A DNA stretch of 64,000 nt, taken from the NCBI RefSeq assembly GCF_009914755.1, contig NC_060936.1, one strand, 5' to 3'. The DNA is from the human T2T-CHM13v2.0 reference genome, Homo sapiens. A program made the translations under genes and the position numbers. The notes under the pieces are model-generated. The model saw only the letters and a list, made by a program, of their open reading frames with translations. It had not been told where the DNA came from and made no database searches. This document shows positions 13,754 to 30,411 of the stretch, one piece after another (the first letter of the stretch is position 1; the number at the start of each line of letters is the position of its first letter).

Positions 13754-14490
13754 TGGCAATCATTAAAAAGTCAGGAAACAACAGGTGCTGAGAGGATGTG
13801 GAGAAATAGGAACGCTTTTACACTGTTGGTGGGACTGTAAACTAGTTCGACCATTGTGGAAGTCAGTGTGGCGATTCCTCAGGGATCTAGAACAAGAAAT
13901 ACCATTTGACCCAGCCATCCCATTACTGGGTATATACCCAAAGGATTATAAATCATGCTGCTATAAAGTCACATGCACACGTATGTTTATAGCGGCACTA
14001 TTCACAATAGCAAAGACTTGGAACCAACCTAAATGTCCAACAACGATAGACTGGATTAAGAAAATGTGGCACATATACGCCATGGAATACTATGCAGCCA
14101 TAAAAAAGGATGAGTTCATGTCCTTTGTAGGGACATGGATGAAGCTGGAAACCATCATTCTCAGGAAACTATCGCAAGGACAAAAAAACCAAACACCGCA
14201 AGTTCTCACTCATAGGTGGGAATTGAACAATGATAACACATGGACACAGGAAGGGGAACATCACACACTGGGGACTGTTGTGGGGTGGGGGGAGGGGGAG
14301 GGATAGCATTAGGAGATATACCCAATGCTAAATGACGAGTTAATGGGTGCAGCACACCAACATGGCACATGTATACATATGTAACAAACCTGCATGTTGT
14401 GCACATGTACCCTAAAACGTAAAGTAAAATAATAATAATAAAATAAAATAAATAAAAATAAAAAATAATGTGATAATTGAAAAAAAAAAA
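13754..14490 (+). mobile_element. Young 5'-truncated L1PA (about L1PA3-4): ORF2 C-terminus, 3'UTR, double A tail
   Basis: ORF 13785-14306 is the ORF2 Cys-rich end ([21 protein letters not shown]); G-rich 3'UTR; perfect 15-bp TSD aaagattctacattc at 13739 and 14488. Confidence 0.97.
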
Positions 14491-15439
14491 GATTCTACAT
14501 TCCTCAGTATTGCCTAGAAACTACCAGAAAGCCTTGAATCATGTGGCCAAATGACTGAGACAGTGGTCGTCCAGTAGCTAAATGGCAGACAACTTGAGGA
14601 CTAGATGTGCGCACCCCACCCAAAGCCTGAGCACTATGAGCTCATTCACTTCAACCTTTTACATGACCTCAGAAGCAAACACAAAGAGACTGAGGTTAAT
14701 TTCCAGCCAACCCATAGAAAATAGCGTCTTAGAAATGTAATTAAGTTGAGTTACAGAAAAACAAATAAATAAATATTTCTTGATCAACTGTGTCTTTCCA
14801 CTGGGCTTTATACCTACTATTTCTGACACTGAGCAAAGGGGATACCTTAGGCTTACCAGCCAGCAGTGAGTTTTCTCCTCCATGTCTCAACTGAACTCAG
14901 CATCTTGCAAAAGAAGCATAGGTTCAGTTGGATCATTTCTGGTGCTATCTGGGGGCTGCCTTTCTCTTTTCTTTTCTTTTGTGGCATGGGGAGGGACCTA
15001 CTTTCATGTAAACTTAAATATTCCTAACTCAGTGGATGCACTTCCAGGGGAGACTGGCTCTGGTGAGTCCTTCCACGGGAATTAACATGGGGAGAAATAC
15101 AGGCACGGTAGCAAAAAATTAACTTCCTACCAAATCCTTTTGAATCTAAAAAGCTATCTGAAAAGAACTGGAAGTCAGTGAACAACGTAAAAGCCCAAAA
15201 GGAAAAAGGAAACCTTTCTGATTCAGCAGTGACCAGGCATAAGGATGCTGACTTCCTTGGATAAAGCAAAAACGGACTTGGTGTATCAACAGAACCAACG
15301 TCTTAATTTACTGTGGGAGATGCAGGGCCCAAGATGCCTAAATACACGTATCCTCTAGCCAGGACTTTCTCCACATTCGGGGAGTTATGGACAACCAAAA
15401 AAATCAGAAAATTGAAAGAATACATCGGAATCAAAATAG

Positions 15440-15605
15440 GAGAAAAGATGTGTAGTGTTCCCAGAGCAAAGAAAACATAAATGTTTGAGGTGATGGACAT
15501 CCCGATTACTCTGATTTGATCATTACACATTGTAAACCAGTATCAATATATCACATGCGTGCCCAAATATGTGCAACTATTATATATCCACACAAAAATT
15601 AAAAA
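15440..15605 (+). mobile_element. L1MA 3' terminal fragment
   Basis: ataaatgtttgaggtgatggacatcccgattactctgatttgatcattacacattg. Confidence 0.7.
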
Positions 15606-15646
15606 GGATTTATAAAACGGTGTCTGTGCTTCTTAGCGTCCTTGAG

Positions 15647-15879
15647 AAGTGCAGAGTGGTTAAGCAGGAGGTTCAAGTGACTTGGTTCAATCCCAGCTCT
15701 GTCACTTAGTAGGACTTGCTCAAGTTATTTAATCCCTCTAAGCCTCAGATCCCTCAGTAATCAAATGGGGATAAATATGAGTATCTAAATTATAGATTTG
15801 GGAGAGTATTAAATGAGATTATGTCTGTAAAGAGCTTAACGCCGTGCTTTGGGACATGCTAGGACTCAGTGAATGTTAG
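15647..15879 (+). mobile_element. MIR
   Basis: gtggttaagc..aatcccagctctgtcactta..caagttatttaatccctctaagcctcag..aaatggggataa core. Confidence 0.8.
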
Positions 15880-16118
15880 GGGGATTTGCTTATCCTTAGA
15901 GGGGTACATCTGTCGTGGTGACGGGTCTCTACTGACCACATCCAGCACAGGCACCGCCAAGGCACACTTCTTTGTTCCTCCTTTCTCATTTCCCCCCATA
16001 GCCTCATCCTCTTCTGATTTATATGATATTTCTTTACAGATGTTAGCCAGGTTGCATTCCAGTCTTCCTGGCCTTGAATTTTCATCTCACCCTAGGCTGT
16101 CCATATGTAGTAGTTAGG

Positions 16119-16538
16119 TGGTATGATTTGGATCTGTGTCCCCAACCAAATCTCATGTCAAGTTGTAATCCCCAGAGTTGGAGGTAGAGCCTGGTGGGAG
16201 GTGATTGGATCGTGGGGGTGGATCCTTCACAAACGGTTTAGCACTGTCCCTTTGGTGCTGTTCTCACGATAGAGTTCTCACAAAATCTGGTTGTTTAAAA
16301 GTGTGTGGCACCTCCCCCGCTCTCTCTTCCTCCTGCTCCAGCCATGTGAGACGTGTCTGGTCCCCCTTCACCTTCCACCGCGACTGCATGATTCTAAGTT
16401 TCCTGGGGTCTCCCCAGAAACAGAAGCCACTGTGCTTCCTGTAAAGCCTGAAGAACGGTGAGCCAATTAAATATCTTTTCTTTATAATTATGCAGCCTCA
16501 GCCATTTCTTTATAGTAGTGTGAGAATGGACTAATACA
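16119..16538 (+). mobile_element. MSTA-like MaLR solo LTR
   Basis: TG..CA termini, tttggatctgtgtccccaaccaaatctcatg..gaatggactaataca; 5-bp TSD ttagg/tcagg. Confidence 0.92.
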
Positions 16539-16721
16539 TCAGGACTGTTTTTGGGGCAAGACACAGAACACCCAGCTCAAGCTTAAACCGACAAGAGAGT
16601 TGATTATTTCCTTTTACTGATGTGTTCACTCAAGGTTTGACCCAGTGGCTGAAGCTGGTGCCCCAGGAGGACTCTGATTTCTCTTCCTCTCATGACTGTG
16701 CCTTCTACAGTGTCAGCTTTA

Positions 16722-16880
16722 TATAGTTGCAAATTCAGAAAATAAAAATATAAGATGGCCAGTTGAATTTCAGATGAATAATAAATAATTTTAATGCAAT
16801 TATGTTCTAAAACTACATGGGACATTTTGCATGGTACATAAAATATTTTGTTTATCTGTGTTTATACCTGGCAATCTTAT
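16722..16880. mobile_element. MER53-like hAT MITE
   Basis: aaataaaaatataagatggccagttgaatttcagat..ctggcaatctta. Confidence 0.6.
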
Positions 16881-17319
16881 GACTTTACGTGTCCTCAACC
16901 TTCACCTGTCCCTCACTCCACCCCCAAACCCATCCCATCTCTGTTCTACAGATTCAGCACTCAGCACTCTTGATAGTAAAACAGCTACAGCATTTCCAGA
17001 TTCTACATTTTCAAACAACACACTTGGAGAGAGAGGGGGAAAAACAGAGGAAGAGGGTTCTCTTTTACAGAAGCATCAGGAGATATCTCCTTATCGCTCA
17101 TTGACTATCATTGAGGTAAACACTATTCAAGAACCAATTGCTATGTCCTTGGGGAGGGTGGAGTGGCTTAGATCAGTCCAGGACCACCTCTGCTGTGGGC
17201 AGCGAGTTAATACCACCAAACCACATGGCTGGTGAAAGAAAGGAAGAAGTGCTATTCCATAAGGAGAGAGATGGGTGTGGGTTTCAAACAAAACATGTCA
17301 GGGGCTTGACTTGTACTAC

Positions 17320-17613
<294 letters not shown>

Positions 17614-17660
17614 CCGTGTGACATAGCTGTAGCTAATTCTGGGTATCCAGAGTAAAATCC

Positions 17661-18099
17661 ATTTATTTATTTATTTAGAAACAGAGTCTTGCTCTGTTGC
17701 CCAGGCTGGAGTGCAGTGGCACAATCTCGGCTCATGGCAACCTCCGCCTCCCAGCATTCAAGCGATTCTCCTGCCTCAGCCTCCCTAGTAGCTGGGATTA
17801 CAGGATCACGCCACCACACCCAGGTAGTTTTTGTATTTTTAGTAGAGATGGAGTTTCGCGATGTTGGCTAGGCTGGTCTTGAACTCCTGACCTCAGGTGA
17901 TCCTCTTGCCTCAGCCTCCCAAAGTGCTGGGATTACAGGCGTGCACCATCACGTCTAGCTAATTTTTGTATTTTTAGTAGAGACGGGGTTTCACTGTGTT
18001 GGCCAGGCTGGTCTCAAACAGGATCTTGACCTCAGGTGATCCACCCGCTTTGACCTCCCAAAGGGCTGGGATTGCAGGCGTGAGCCACCACGCCCGGCC
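17661..18099 (-). mobile_element. AluS with an extra left arm (trimer)
   Basis: Right arm, left arm, then a second linker plus left arm joined at gctgggattacaggc. Confidence 0.93.
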
Positions 18100-18346
18100 T
18101 GTTTATATTGTTTAATTCTCAACAGGAATTTTAGCTTTGAGCCTTATTGAGATCCCAGGTACCATAAAAAAGCAATTTCTTGAGCAGATTCTTCAAGAGC
18201 CCACTCTGATGTTTTAGCAGCTGGCCAGAGAGCTATGGTGTGGCACATGGCATCAGACTTTCCCTGGTCTATCCGAGTGAGGTATATTAGTCCACACACA
18301 ACATATCATGGGTGTCTGAGAAGAAGGGTGTCTCCCAGAGAAATAA

Positions 18347-19262
<916 letters not shown>

Positions 19263-19344
19263 AACAATTAAAAGAGGGATGCACAATCCCACCACCTTCC
19301 GTCTAAACAGGACCCGTTTGCTCATAAAACTAGACACATGTGCT

Positions 19345-19560
19345 GGAATTATTTGACTCTAATCCTTTCCGGCTGGCTGATCTTGGGCAAGTTATTTAAA
19401 TGCCCTGAACTTCATTACCCTCATTTGTAAAGCTGGGCTGGTTCCCACTTCATTTACAGGGTTGTTTCAAGGATTCAAGAAGATAATCTATGTATAGCAG
19501 ATAGTACATATATAAATATATAAGGCATAGAACATGCTAGCAAAGATAATTATTATTATT
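19345..19560 (+). mobile_element. MIR
   Basis: tgatcttgggcaagttatttaa..ctcatttgtaaa..agggttgtt core. Confidence 0.7.
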
Positions 19561-20116
19561 ATAATCATCATTATCAATAGTAATTGGAGCATCAAGCACA
19601 CATATTTGTGGAATGATACTATTCTTGATGTTTTCTGCAAAAATAGAAACGTTCCAGTCTATGCCTAGAAGTTGCTTATCCTCAAATTGAGAAATAAATC
19701 ACTCATAATATACATTGGCTTGTGAACACCCATTGGGAGAAATATCTTTTGAGTGGTGAAGTTATGTGACTGTCCTAAATTAATTCAAATTGACATCTGT
19801 GAAGGGAAGGGTAACGACCCAGGCCATGTGTTCACTTTTTACCTTTGTGCCAAAAGACAGGCATTTTGCTAGTCAGTCACGTAATATGTGTGGCTGGCTT
19901 TGCATGCAGTCTTTTGTTCATTCTTTCATTTTCTCATGTAATATCATTGTGTACCAAGCACGGTGCTAGGCTTGAAGGGTACTGGACATGGATCACCTAC
20001 TTTTAAGGAACTTATAGTGAGATAAGAGGACTGAAAATAAGCAAACAAATAAATCTGCTAGATGAATTCAAATAATAATACATGCTGTAAAATAAACAAA
20101 AAGAAAAGGTGGGCGA

Positions 20117-20498
20117 TGTGTGCCTTTAGTCCAGCTTCTTAGAAGCCTGGTCTGAGGTGGGGATTTGGGTGTGCATGAGTCATTGAGGGAACACTGTCAG
20201 GAAACAATTATAAGGATGTGAGATAATGAGGTAAGCCAGGATGTGTCTTGGGTAGAGTCTAGCCGTGGCTGAGCATTAGGGCTTCTGGAGCATTAACCAT
20301 ACAGCAGGGTTGTAGACACTCCAGGGCCTCTTATCTAGTCATCACCTTTCAGCCGCCCTCAGTAAGGCCATTTCCTTCATGGTTAGGTGGCTCCTGAACA
20401 TTGCGAGTCATTTCCCAGAGAAGGTGGGCAGCTGTGTGCCCTTAACAGCCAACACTCACTGCAGGAGGATCTAGGCTGAGCATCAGCAGTATCCATAC
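20117..20498 (-). mobile_element. LTR16-like ERVL LTR
   Basis: tagaagcctggtctgaggtggggattt..ggcagctgtgtgcccttaacagccaacactc..cagtatccatac. Confidence 0.6.
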
Positions 20499-21748
20499 GG
20501 TGAGTGTTGGAAGCTCATCTGGTAATGGTCAGCATCCTTGCCTGGGTGACATCTGAGCTGTTGCCTGAAGGAGAAGAACCAGGCATGAGCAAACCTGGGA
20601 GAACTTGTTCCAGGCAAGGGAGGAACCCACTGGTTACTGCAAAAGCCCTAAAGTATAAATAAGCTTGGTATGTTAGGAAAAAAAATGATCAAGGTTGGAG
20701 CACAGTGAAGTGCAGAAGATGAAGTTGGAAAGGGAGGCAGGATCCAGACCGTATCTTCCCTGTAGTGCTGGGAGTGGGTTTTTAATCTTAGTGGCAGGTT
20801 TAGGCATGAAAGTTCATAACCTATCTTACATATTTAAGGAGAACAGATGGTAATTAGAGTCAGGGATGGAGCTGGGAGCGAGGTAGGAGGCTCTTGCAAT
20901 GGCCCAGGTGTAAAATGGAGGTCATACAGACTAAATTGGCAGCTGTGAAGACAGGAGGTGGAGAAGTGGATAGATTTGGGAACCATTTTAGAAGAAAAGC
21001 TAATGTGACTTGAAAAGTCACATTATTTAGGAGCAAAGCTAATGTGACATTTGTGTGTGAGGGATCAGAGAAGAGTTCAAGTTGACTTCTTGTAATTTGA
21101 CTTGAGCAATGGGGCTGAGGTTGGCGCAATTTACTGAGATGGGAAAGATGAGGGAAAGAGCCAAATTGGGAAGAACTGGAACCAAGTGTTTTCATTTGGC
21201 CATGCTAAGTTTGAGATGTGTTAGACCATTAGACATCCTTAAGGAACTATCAGATAGGCAGTTGAGCCTGAAATGAGTCTGAAAGTCATGGGAAAGTTTG
21301 TGCTGGAGATAACATTTGGGAGTTAAAGCTTCGAAATGAAAGAGGAAAGAGTCTACCACAGAGGCTTGGGACACTCTAAATTTGGGGGGTTGAGAAGAGA
21401 TAGCCAAGGAGACTAGGAAGTAGTCCTTGAGGTAGGAAACAGCAAGCGAGTAGGGTGATACAGAAACTGAGAGAACATAGTATGTCTGACAGATGAGGGA
21501 GGAACCACTGGATAATATGCCCCTGAGAGGTGGGCTGAAATGAACAAAGAGGAGCAACCACTTCCTTCGGCACCCTGGACAGCATTGGTGGCCATGAGAA
21601 GGGTGGCTTCAATCAAGTGGCTGGGGTGACAACTAGCCCAGACTGCACAGAGAAGAACATGAGAGCTGAACAAGTGACTAGAAGCTTGTTTTAAAATGTT
21701 CACAGGAAAATGGCTGTAGCTCAAAGAAGGAGGGATCTAAGGAGATTT

Positions 21749-22383
21749 AATTTTTATTTTTTTAATTTCAACAGTTTTTTAGGGTACAGGTGGTTTTTGG
21801 TTACATGGATAAGTTCTTTAGTGGTGATTTCTGAAACTTTAGTGCATTTTCACTGGAGAAGTGCACAGTGTACCCAATATGTAGTGTTTGTCTCTCACCC
21901 CACTCTCAACCTTTCCCTGTGAGTTCCCAAAGTTCATTTTATCATTCTTATGCCTTTGCATCCTCGTAGCTTTAACTCTCACTTATAAGAGAGAACATAT
22001 GATATTTGGTTTTCCATTTCTGAGCTACTTCACTTAGAATAATGGCCTCCAGCTCCATCTAAGTTGCTGGAAAAGACATTGTATCATTCATTTTTATGGC
22101 TGAATAGTATTCAATGGTGTATATACACCACATTTTCTTTATCCACTTGGTTGCTGGGCACTGAGGTTAGTTCCATATCTTTGCAATTGCAAAATGTGCT
22201 GTTATAAACATGCATATGCATCTATCTTTTTCTTATAATGCCTTCTTTTCCTTTTGGTGGATACCCAAGAGTGGGATTGCTGGATCAAATGGTAGGTCTA
22301 CTTTTAGTTCTTTAAGGAATCTCCACACTGTTTTCCATAGTGGTTGTGCTAACTTACATTCCCACCAGCAGTGTAAAAGGGTT
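21749..22383 (-). mobile_element. L1PB 3' fragment
   Basis: ggttacatggataagttctttagtggtgatttctga; ORF 22233-22517 has [19 protein letters not shown]; TSD-like ctaag(t)gagattt. Confidence 0.9.
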
Positions 22384-22408
22384 CTAAGTGAGATTTTTTT
22401 AAAAGGGC

Positions 22409-23169
22409 TGTTTATTAGTTTGCTAGGGCTACCATAACAAATACCATAGATTGTGATGCAGTTTGGCTGTGTCCCCACCCAAATCTCATCTTGAATTGTA
22501 GCTCCCATAATCCTCACATGTCATGGGAGGGACCTGGTGGGAAGTAATTGAATCATGGGGGTGGGTTTCCCTGTGCTGTTCTTGTGACAGTGAATAAGTC
22601 TCATGAGGTCTAATGGTTTTATAAAGGGCAATTCATTTCCCTGCACATGCTCTCTTGCCTGCTGCCATGTAAGATGTGCCTTTGCTCCTCATTTGCCCTC
22701 CGCCATGATTGTGAGGCCTCCCCAGCCATGTGGAACTGTGAGTCCACTAAACATCTTTTCCTTTATAAATTCCTGAGTCTTGGCCATTTCTTTACAGCAG
22801 TATGAAAATGGACTAATACAGACTGGATGATTTGAACAACAGAAATTTATTTTCTCCTAGTTCCAGAGGTTGGAACTTCAAGATCAAGGTGCTATCAGTG
22901 TTTCTTTCCTGTGAGGCCTCTCTCCTTGGCTTGCAGATGGCCTTGTCCCTGTGCCTTTGCAAGGCCTTCTCTCTGTGTGTGTCTGTGTCCTAATCTCTGC
23001 TTACGAGGACACCAAGCATATTGGATTAGGGCATGCCAGTATGACCTCATTTAAGTTTAATTACCTCATTAAAGTCCCTATGTCCAAATACAGTCACGTT
23101 CTGAAGTCCTGAAGGGTAGTATTTTAACATAATGAATTTGGAGGGGAGACCCATTTTCAGCCCATAACA
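22409..23169 (-). mobile_element. MLT1A-like LTR hosting THE1
   Basis: tattagtttgctagggctaccataacaaataccatag | aacaacagaaatttattttctc..ttcagcccataaca. Confidence 0.85.
22454..22820 (+). mobile_element. THE1 (C/D-like) solo LTR
   Basis: tgat..gtttggctgtgtccccacccaaatctcatcttgaattgtagctccc..ggactaataca; 5-bp TSD gattg/gactg. Confidence 0.93.
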
Positions 23170-23650
23170 GGATACTAAAACATATTTTCTTGACAATAAA
23201 AAGGGATAAATCGATGATTCAGGAGAGAGGGAGAAATGTCAAGTGGAGGCATCATTGAGAGAGTATGGGCTTGGGGGCACCTACAGAGGGATGGGTCTTT
23301 TTTCTGGAAACCCCTGGCTGAAAATTTGCATCCAGAGCCTGCCCTTGGATGCCCCTGCCTGTGATGGTTTCTTGTGTTCTATTTGTAAAGGGATGCACCG
23401 ATAAAGCAGAATATACGTCAGTTAATTTCTTATGGTAATACCCTTGATCAAGGCAAAGGACCGTAATTGAATAAGCAATTATCTTTGAAAATATTAGTGC
23501 ACAGAAAAGCATAACAAATGAATTTGCTAATTATTCTTCCCTGCCAAAAACATCAGCTGATTTAGTCTTTAGTAGTAACATTATAACCCTCATAGATAGA
23601 TCATTAGCTTGCTAGGTACCTACTGAGTTTTAGGCACTTTTAAGGAATAG

Positions 23651-23970
23651 GCAGATGTCCCAAACTCAAGTTTTTACAGGGCTGGGAGGGGAGCATGGAT
23701 GAGGACAGGCAGCCAGGTAAGAGCTGTGGGACTCTGGAGAGCACGTGCCATGTCTGAAGCAACAGCAGATGTTGTCAAGGAAAAGGTGGGCTCATGGCTG
23801 TCTGAGTGGTCTCGCAGGAAATGCCACAAATCTGTATTTTTATGCATAATCTCTTATGTTTTGAATACTGATGAGTAATTCCAACTTTTAAAACAAGGCA
23901 ACATGGCCCAAGTAAGATGAGACTGTCTCATTGTTGTGACCCTAGAGTCTCCAGTTTGTAATCTCAGACA
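23651..23970 (-). mobile_element. MER102-like relic
   Basis: Reverse-complement similarity to 7018-7350 (ctggagagcacgtgcc, aaatctgtatttttatg, ccagtttgtaatctc). Confidence 0.55.
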
Positions 23971-24091
23971 CTGGGTCTTTATTGCTACTTTCAGCAGCCT
24001 GCAATCTATAAGAAGGAGAGTGGTGTGGTCAGAAAGTCTATGCAAGAGGTGCTCAGAATATAGGACAAAGGATAACAACAACTCATAGTTC

Positions 24092-24570
24092 AGTTCTAGA
24101 TATCTTTTCCAGAACACTCCTACCCTCCCCTACCCTGTTCAATGACCAGGAGGCTGACAGCATGAACCATCAACGGCACCCTTGGTCTCTGGCTTCTGGT
24201 TGGGGTTGGGGTTGGCCAATGGGGAGCTCCAACAATAGAGCAGACAGGAATGAGAAAGTCGCGTCTGAGAACGTATTCTCCATTTCCCTGAGCACTTACT
24301 CTCTGCAGGGTTACCGTGGGCTGGCTGTGTCCTTTGTCTAAAGGCCAGAGCTCCCCTCCAGTGGTGCACTTCACAGAGCAATCTCTCTGGGTCAGAGCAT
24401 CCTTTACCTTTGCTTCTTCAGACCTCACGGTGGGAAGTCTGCTTGCTGTTCCTAATCCTGCTGCATAACATTCTGCTTTGTTGTGTCCTGATATTCCTTT
24501 ACTATACTCTGTTCAAATGACCCAACTTGGGTATCTTTTGGTTTTGTTTTCTGGTAGGATCCAGAAAGAA
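24092..24570 (+). mobile_element. LTR33-like ERVL LTR
   Basis: ggaggctgac..catcaacggcacccttggtctctggcttctggttggg..ggccaatgggg. Confidence 0.7.
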
Positions 24571-24589
24571 CTTGGACAATAAGGTTGAC

Positions 24590-24765
24590 AATGTTCTAAG
24601 TGCCTAGCTTACTTCACCAAATGCTATCTTATCTCTATTTTGCAGAAAGTAATACTGAAGTATAAAGAAGGCAAAGAGTTTGCCCAAGATCACCCAAATG
24701 TAAGAGGTGGAGCTGAGATTTAAACCCAGGCAATCCAGCTCTAACTTCTGTGCTCTTGACCATAT
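24590..24765 (-). mobile_element. MIR
   Basis: ctattttgcaga..ttgcccaagatcac..ggagctgagatttaaacccaggca. Confidence 0.7.
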
Positions 24766-25317
24766 ATGGAGGGAAGTTAGGGAGAGAAAGATCTAAGGAG
24801 GCCACAGTGATCAGGAGGACCTTAAAGATTAAGAGAAGATCTAAATCGCATCTTGAAGGATGGGCATATAGAGAGGGAGGGAGGAAGGGAGAAGGGAGGA
24901 AGAGCAGATGCCATGAGCAGAGGAAGGCATTTTGGGGATGTGTGGCTACTGAGGCACTTGTGCTTCCAAAGGATTAAAATATACATCCCAAAGTAGAGGA
25001 AAAGAAAGCAGAAGGTGAGTAGCAAGCAGAAAGACACCTGCAGTCAGGGTTCTTCAGAATGGAAAGGAAGTGTCTGAATGTGAGATGGGAAGTGTATTCA
25101 GTACTGTGTGAGCTGCAAGTGACAGAAAATCAATCAAAAATAGATGAAGCAAGAGAAAAAAGGGACTTGGTTCCTGTAACTGAAGATAGCGGGAAGATGC
25201 AGCTTCAAGGATGTTGGCATCCATGGCCAAGGTAAGGTCATCAGGCTCCGTACTCTGTCTCTTGACTGAGTGCTTTCTTCAGTGCTGGCCGTCACCTGCA
25301 GGCAGCCCCATACTTCA

Positions 25318-26310
<993 letters not shown>

Positions 26311-26739
26311 TCCTCCAAAACAAAACTTTTCTTTCATAATGGTTCCTACAAAATCCAGGAAGGACCTCTGAGCTGCCAGGTGGGTCACACACTCACCTAG
26401 GGGACAATCATGATGGCCAAAGGGATGTCAGGCTTCCATGGACCAGCCAGGGTCATGTGACACACTGGAGCTGGGAAACAGAGTTACTCCCATCAGAACC
26501 ATGTAGACTGAGGGTGGGAGTAGCCTGAGTCAATAAAGAAAAAGTGGTTTGAATGCTAGGAAGCTAAAAGAACAAATGTCCAGTGTTGTGGTAGATGGGG
26601 GAGCCAAGGTGGCTCTTGAAAATGGGCAAAATGTGGGGCGGATCTCCTGGGGAAATGTGATTTTGGTCCGAATTTGGCACCTAGAACTATAAGCATGGTA
26701 AGTAATCCACCACACCCTCTGAAAGAACTGTCTGCACTT

Positions 26740-27273
26740 CCTCACCCACACCCTCTCCATTGCCCTGGGGGTAAGCCCCGGTGTCCCTCCCGGCCCTCAT
26801 GGCTGCGCACGGAGGGTCCTGCCGTTCGGGCTCCCCATGGCTTCTGTGATGCCACTCTCCTCTTCTCCCCTCATGTCTTTCAACTCCAGCTGTCCTGGCC
26901 TGCTTGGGGCTCCTCAACACCCTCCCACTTCAGGGCTTTTGCGGTTGCTACACTTTCTGCTTGTAGTGCTCTTTCCCCAGAAATCCACATGCTCAGTCCC
27001 TCTCTTCCTTCACATGTCATGTTCTCAGCCAGGTCTTCTCAAACCAGCCTAACCCAAATTTCTACCTCCTCCCCTCCCAGGCACAGCTGTCCCTCTTACA
27101 ATCTTTCTCTTCTACTTTGTAGCACACATCCCTCACAGGACTCATCTCATTCATGATCTCTTCCCAAGTATAATATAAGCACTGCAATGGGGGACCTTTG
27201 TCTGTTACATTTACTGCCTGGCTTGGCATGTAGTAGGTGCCCAATAAATAGGTGCACTGAGTGACTGAATGAA
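26740..27273 (+). mobile_element. L2 3' end
   Basis: cagggcttttgc..ttggcatgtagtaggtgcccaataaata..tgaatgaa. Confidence 0.75.
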
Positions 27274-27575
27274 CTCCCTTTTCAATCTGCTCTGAGAGAT
27301 TTTTGTCTTGGCTCCTCTATGTAGACTTCTCTTGTGAAGGCCACTGATGATGGCCTTTGTGCTGCCATATTGGATGGGCATTTCAGTACTCGTATCTTTA
27401 CTGACCAAGAAGCAGCATTAGGCATAGATGTCTCCTGCCTCCTTGAAATATGTTCTTGGCTTAGCTAATGGATGTCCTACGGCCACACTGGGGCTCCTCT
27501 CTCAGCCTCCTTGGCTCGCTCCTCCTCCTGTGCACAGCCTGTCAGGGGCTGGGTACCTGTGGATCAGGACTTGGC

Positions 27576-27880
27576 TCTTTCCTTCTATCCCTCTCCTTTC
27601 CTTTCTCCTCTTCCCTCCTCTCCCCTTCCTTTCTCTTCTCTCCTCTTCTCTTCTCCTGTTCTGCCCTTCCCCTCTCTTCCCTTTCTTTTCTCACCTCCAC
27701 TTCCCCTCCTCTTCGCTCCTTCTCTCCCCTCTTTTTTCCTTTCCCTTTCTCTTATCTCCTCTCCCCTCCCCTCTCCTCTCTATCCTTCCCTTCCTCTCCT
27801 TTCCTCTTCATTTTCTCTTCTTCCCCTTTTTCCCCTCCCCTCCCTTCCCTTTCTCTCCTCTCCTCTCTCTGTGCCCTCTC
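27576..27880 (+). repeat. ~300-bp C/T-rich low-complexity tract
   Basis: Almost pure pyrimidine on the + strand. Confidence 0.95.
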
Positions 27881-28405
27881 ACCAGTGACCTCATCCAGTT
27901 TACCAGCATTAAACAGGACCACTCTGCCAATGAGACCAACGTCTGTTATCTCCTATCTCAACTTTTCAGAGTTCTTATCAGCCAACCTCCTACATCCAAT
28001 CCATTGCCCAACATTAAGATTGACCTCCTAAATGCACCACAGATCCCTCTACTCCCTCTGTCTCTGCTATCACCACCCAAATTAAAAGAATCATCACATC
28101 TCACCTGGGTAAGCAAATGTCTCCAAACAGAGCTCTACCTCCTCTCACTCTTGGACATCCCAGCCCCAGTCTGTTTTTTACCCAGCACCAGAATGACCTT
28201 TAGATGGTTACCACTCCCTGGCAAAAAGTCCTCCAGCTGCTTCTGATCACACCTTGGGATCAAACCAAGGTCCTAGCAAGCCCCACAATCAAGCCCCTTC
28301 CTAAGTCTCTGGGCTGGTGCCATTTCATCCCTTCTCTTCCTCATTATACTCCAGCCACACTGGCCTTCTTTTATTCTTTGAACAGGCTCATCTGGTCCCT
28401 GTTGA

Positions 28406-30411
<2,006 letters not shown>

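Larger units (their letters stand above)
16105..17300 (-). mobile_element. Old MLT1 (K/L-like) LTR hosting MSTA and MER53
   Basis: Degenerate antisense MLT1 motifs either side of the nested inserts. Confidence 0.5.
19915..23300 (-). mobile_element. Long L2 split by LTR16, L1PB, MLT1A and THE1
   Basis: Antisense L2 motifs (ttccaggcaagg, tttactgagatgggaaaga, catgctaagtttgagatg) resume after each insert. Confidence 0.75.

Noticed and set aside
13785-14306. 173-aa ORF
   Set aside because: L1 ORF2 C-terminus in a short truncated insertion, no promoter
27428-28246. 272-aa ORF and overlapping 187/138-aa ORFs
   Set aside because: Open only because the C/T tract cannot encode stops; S/P/L/F low complexity within L2
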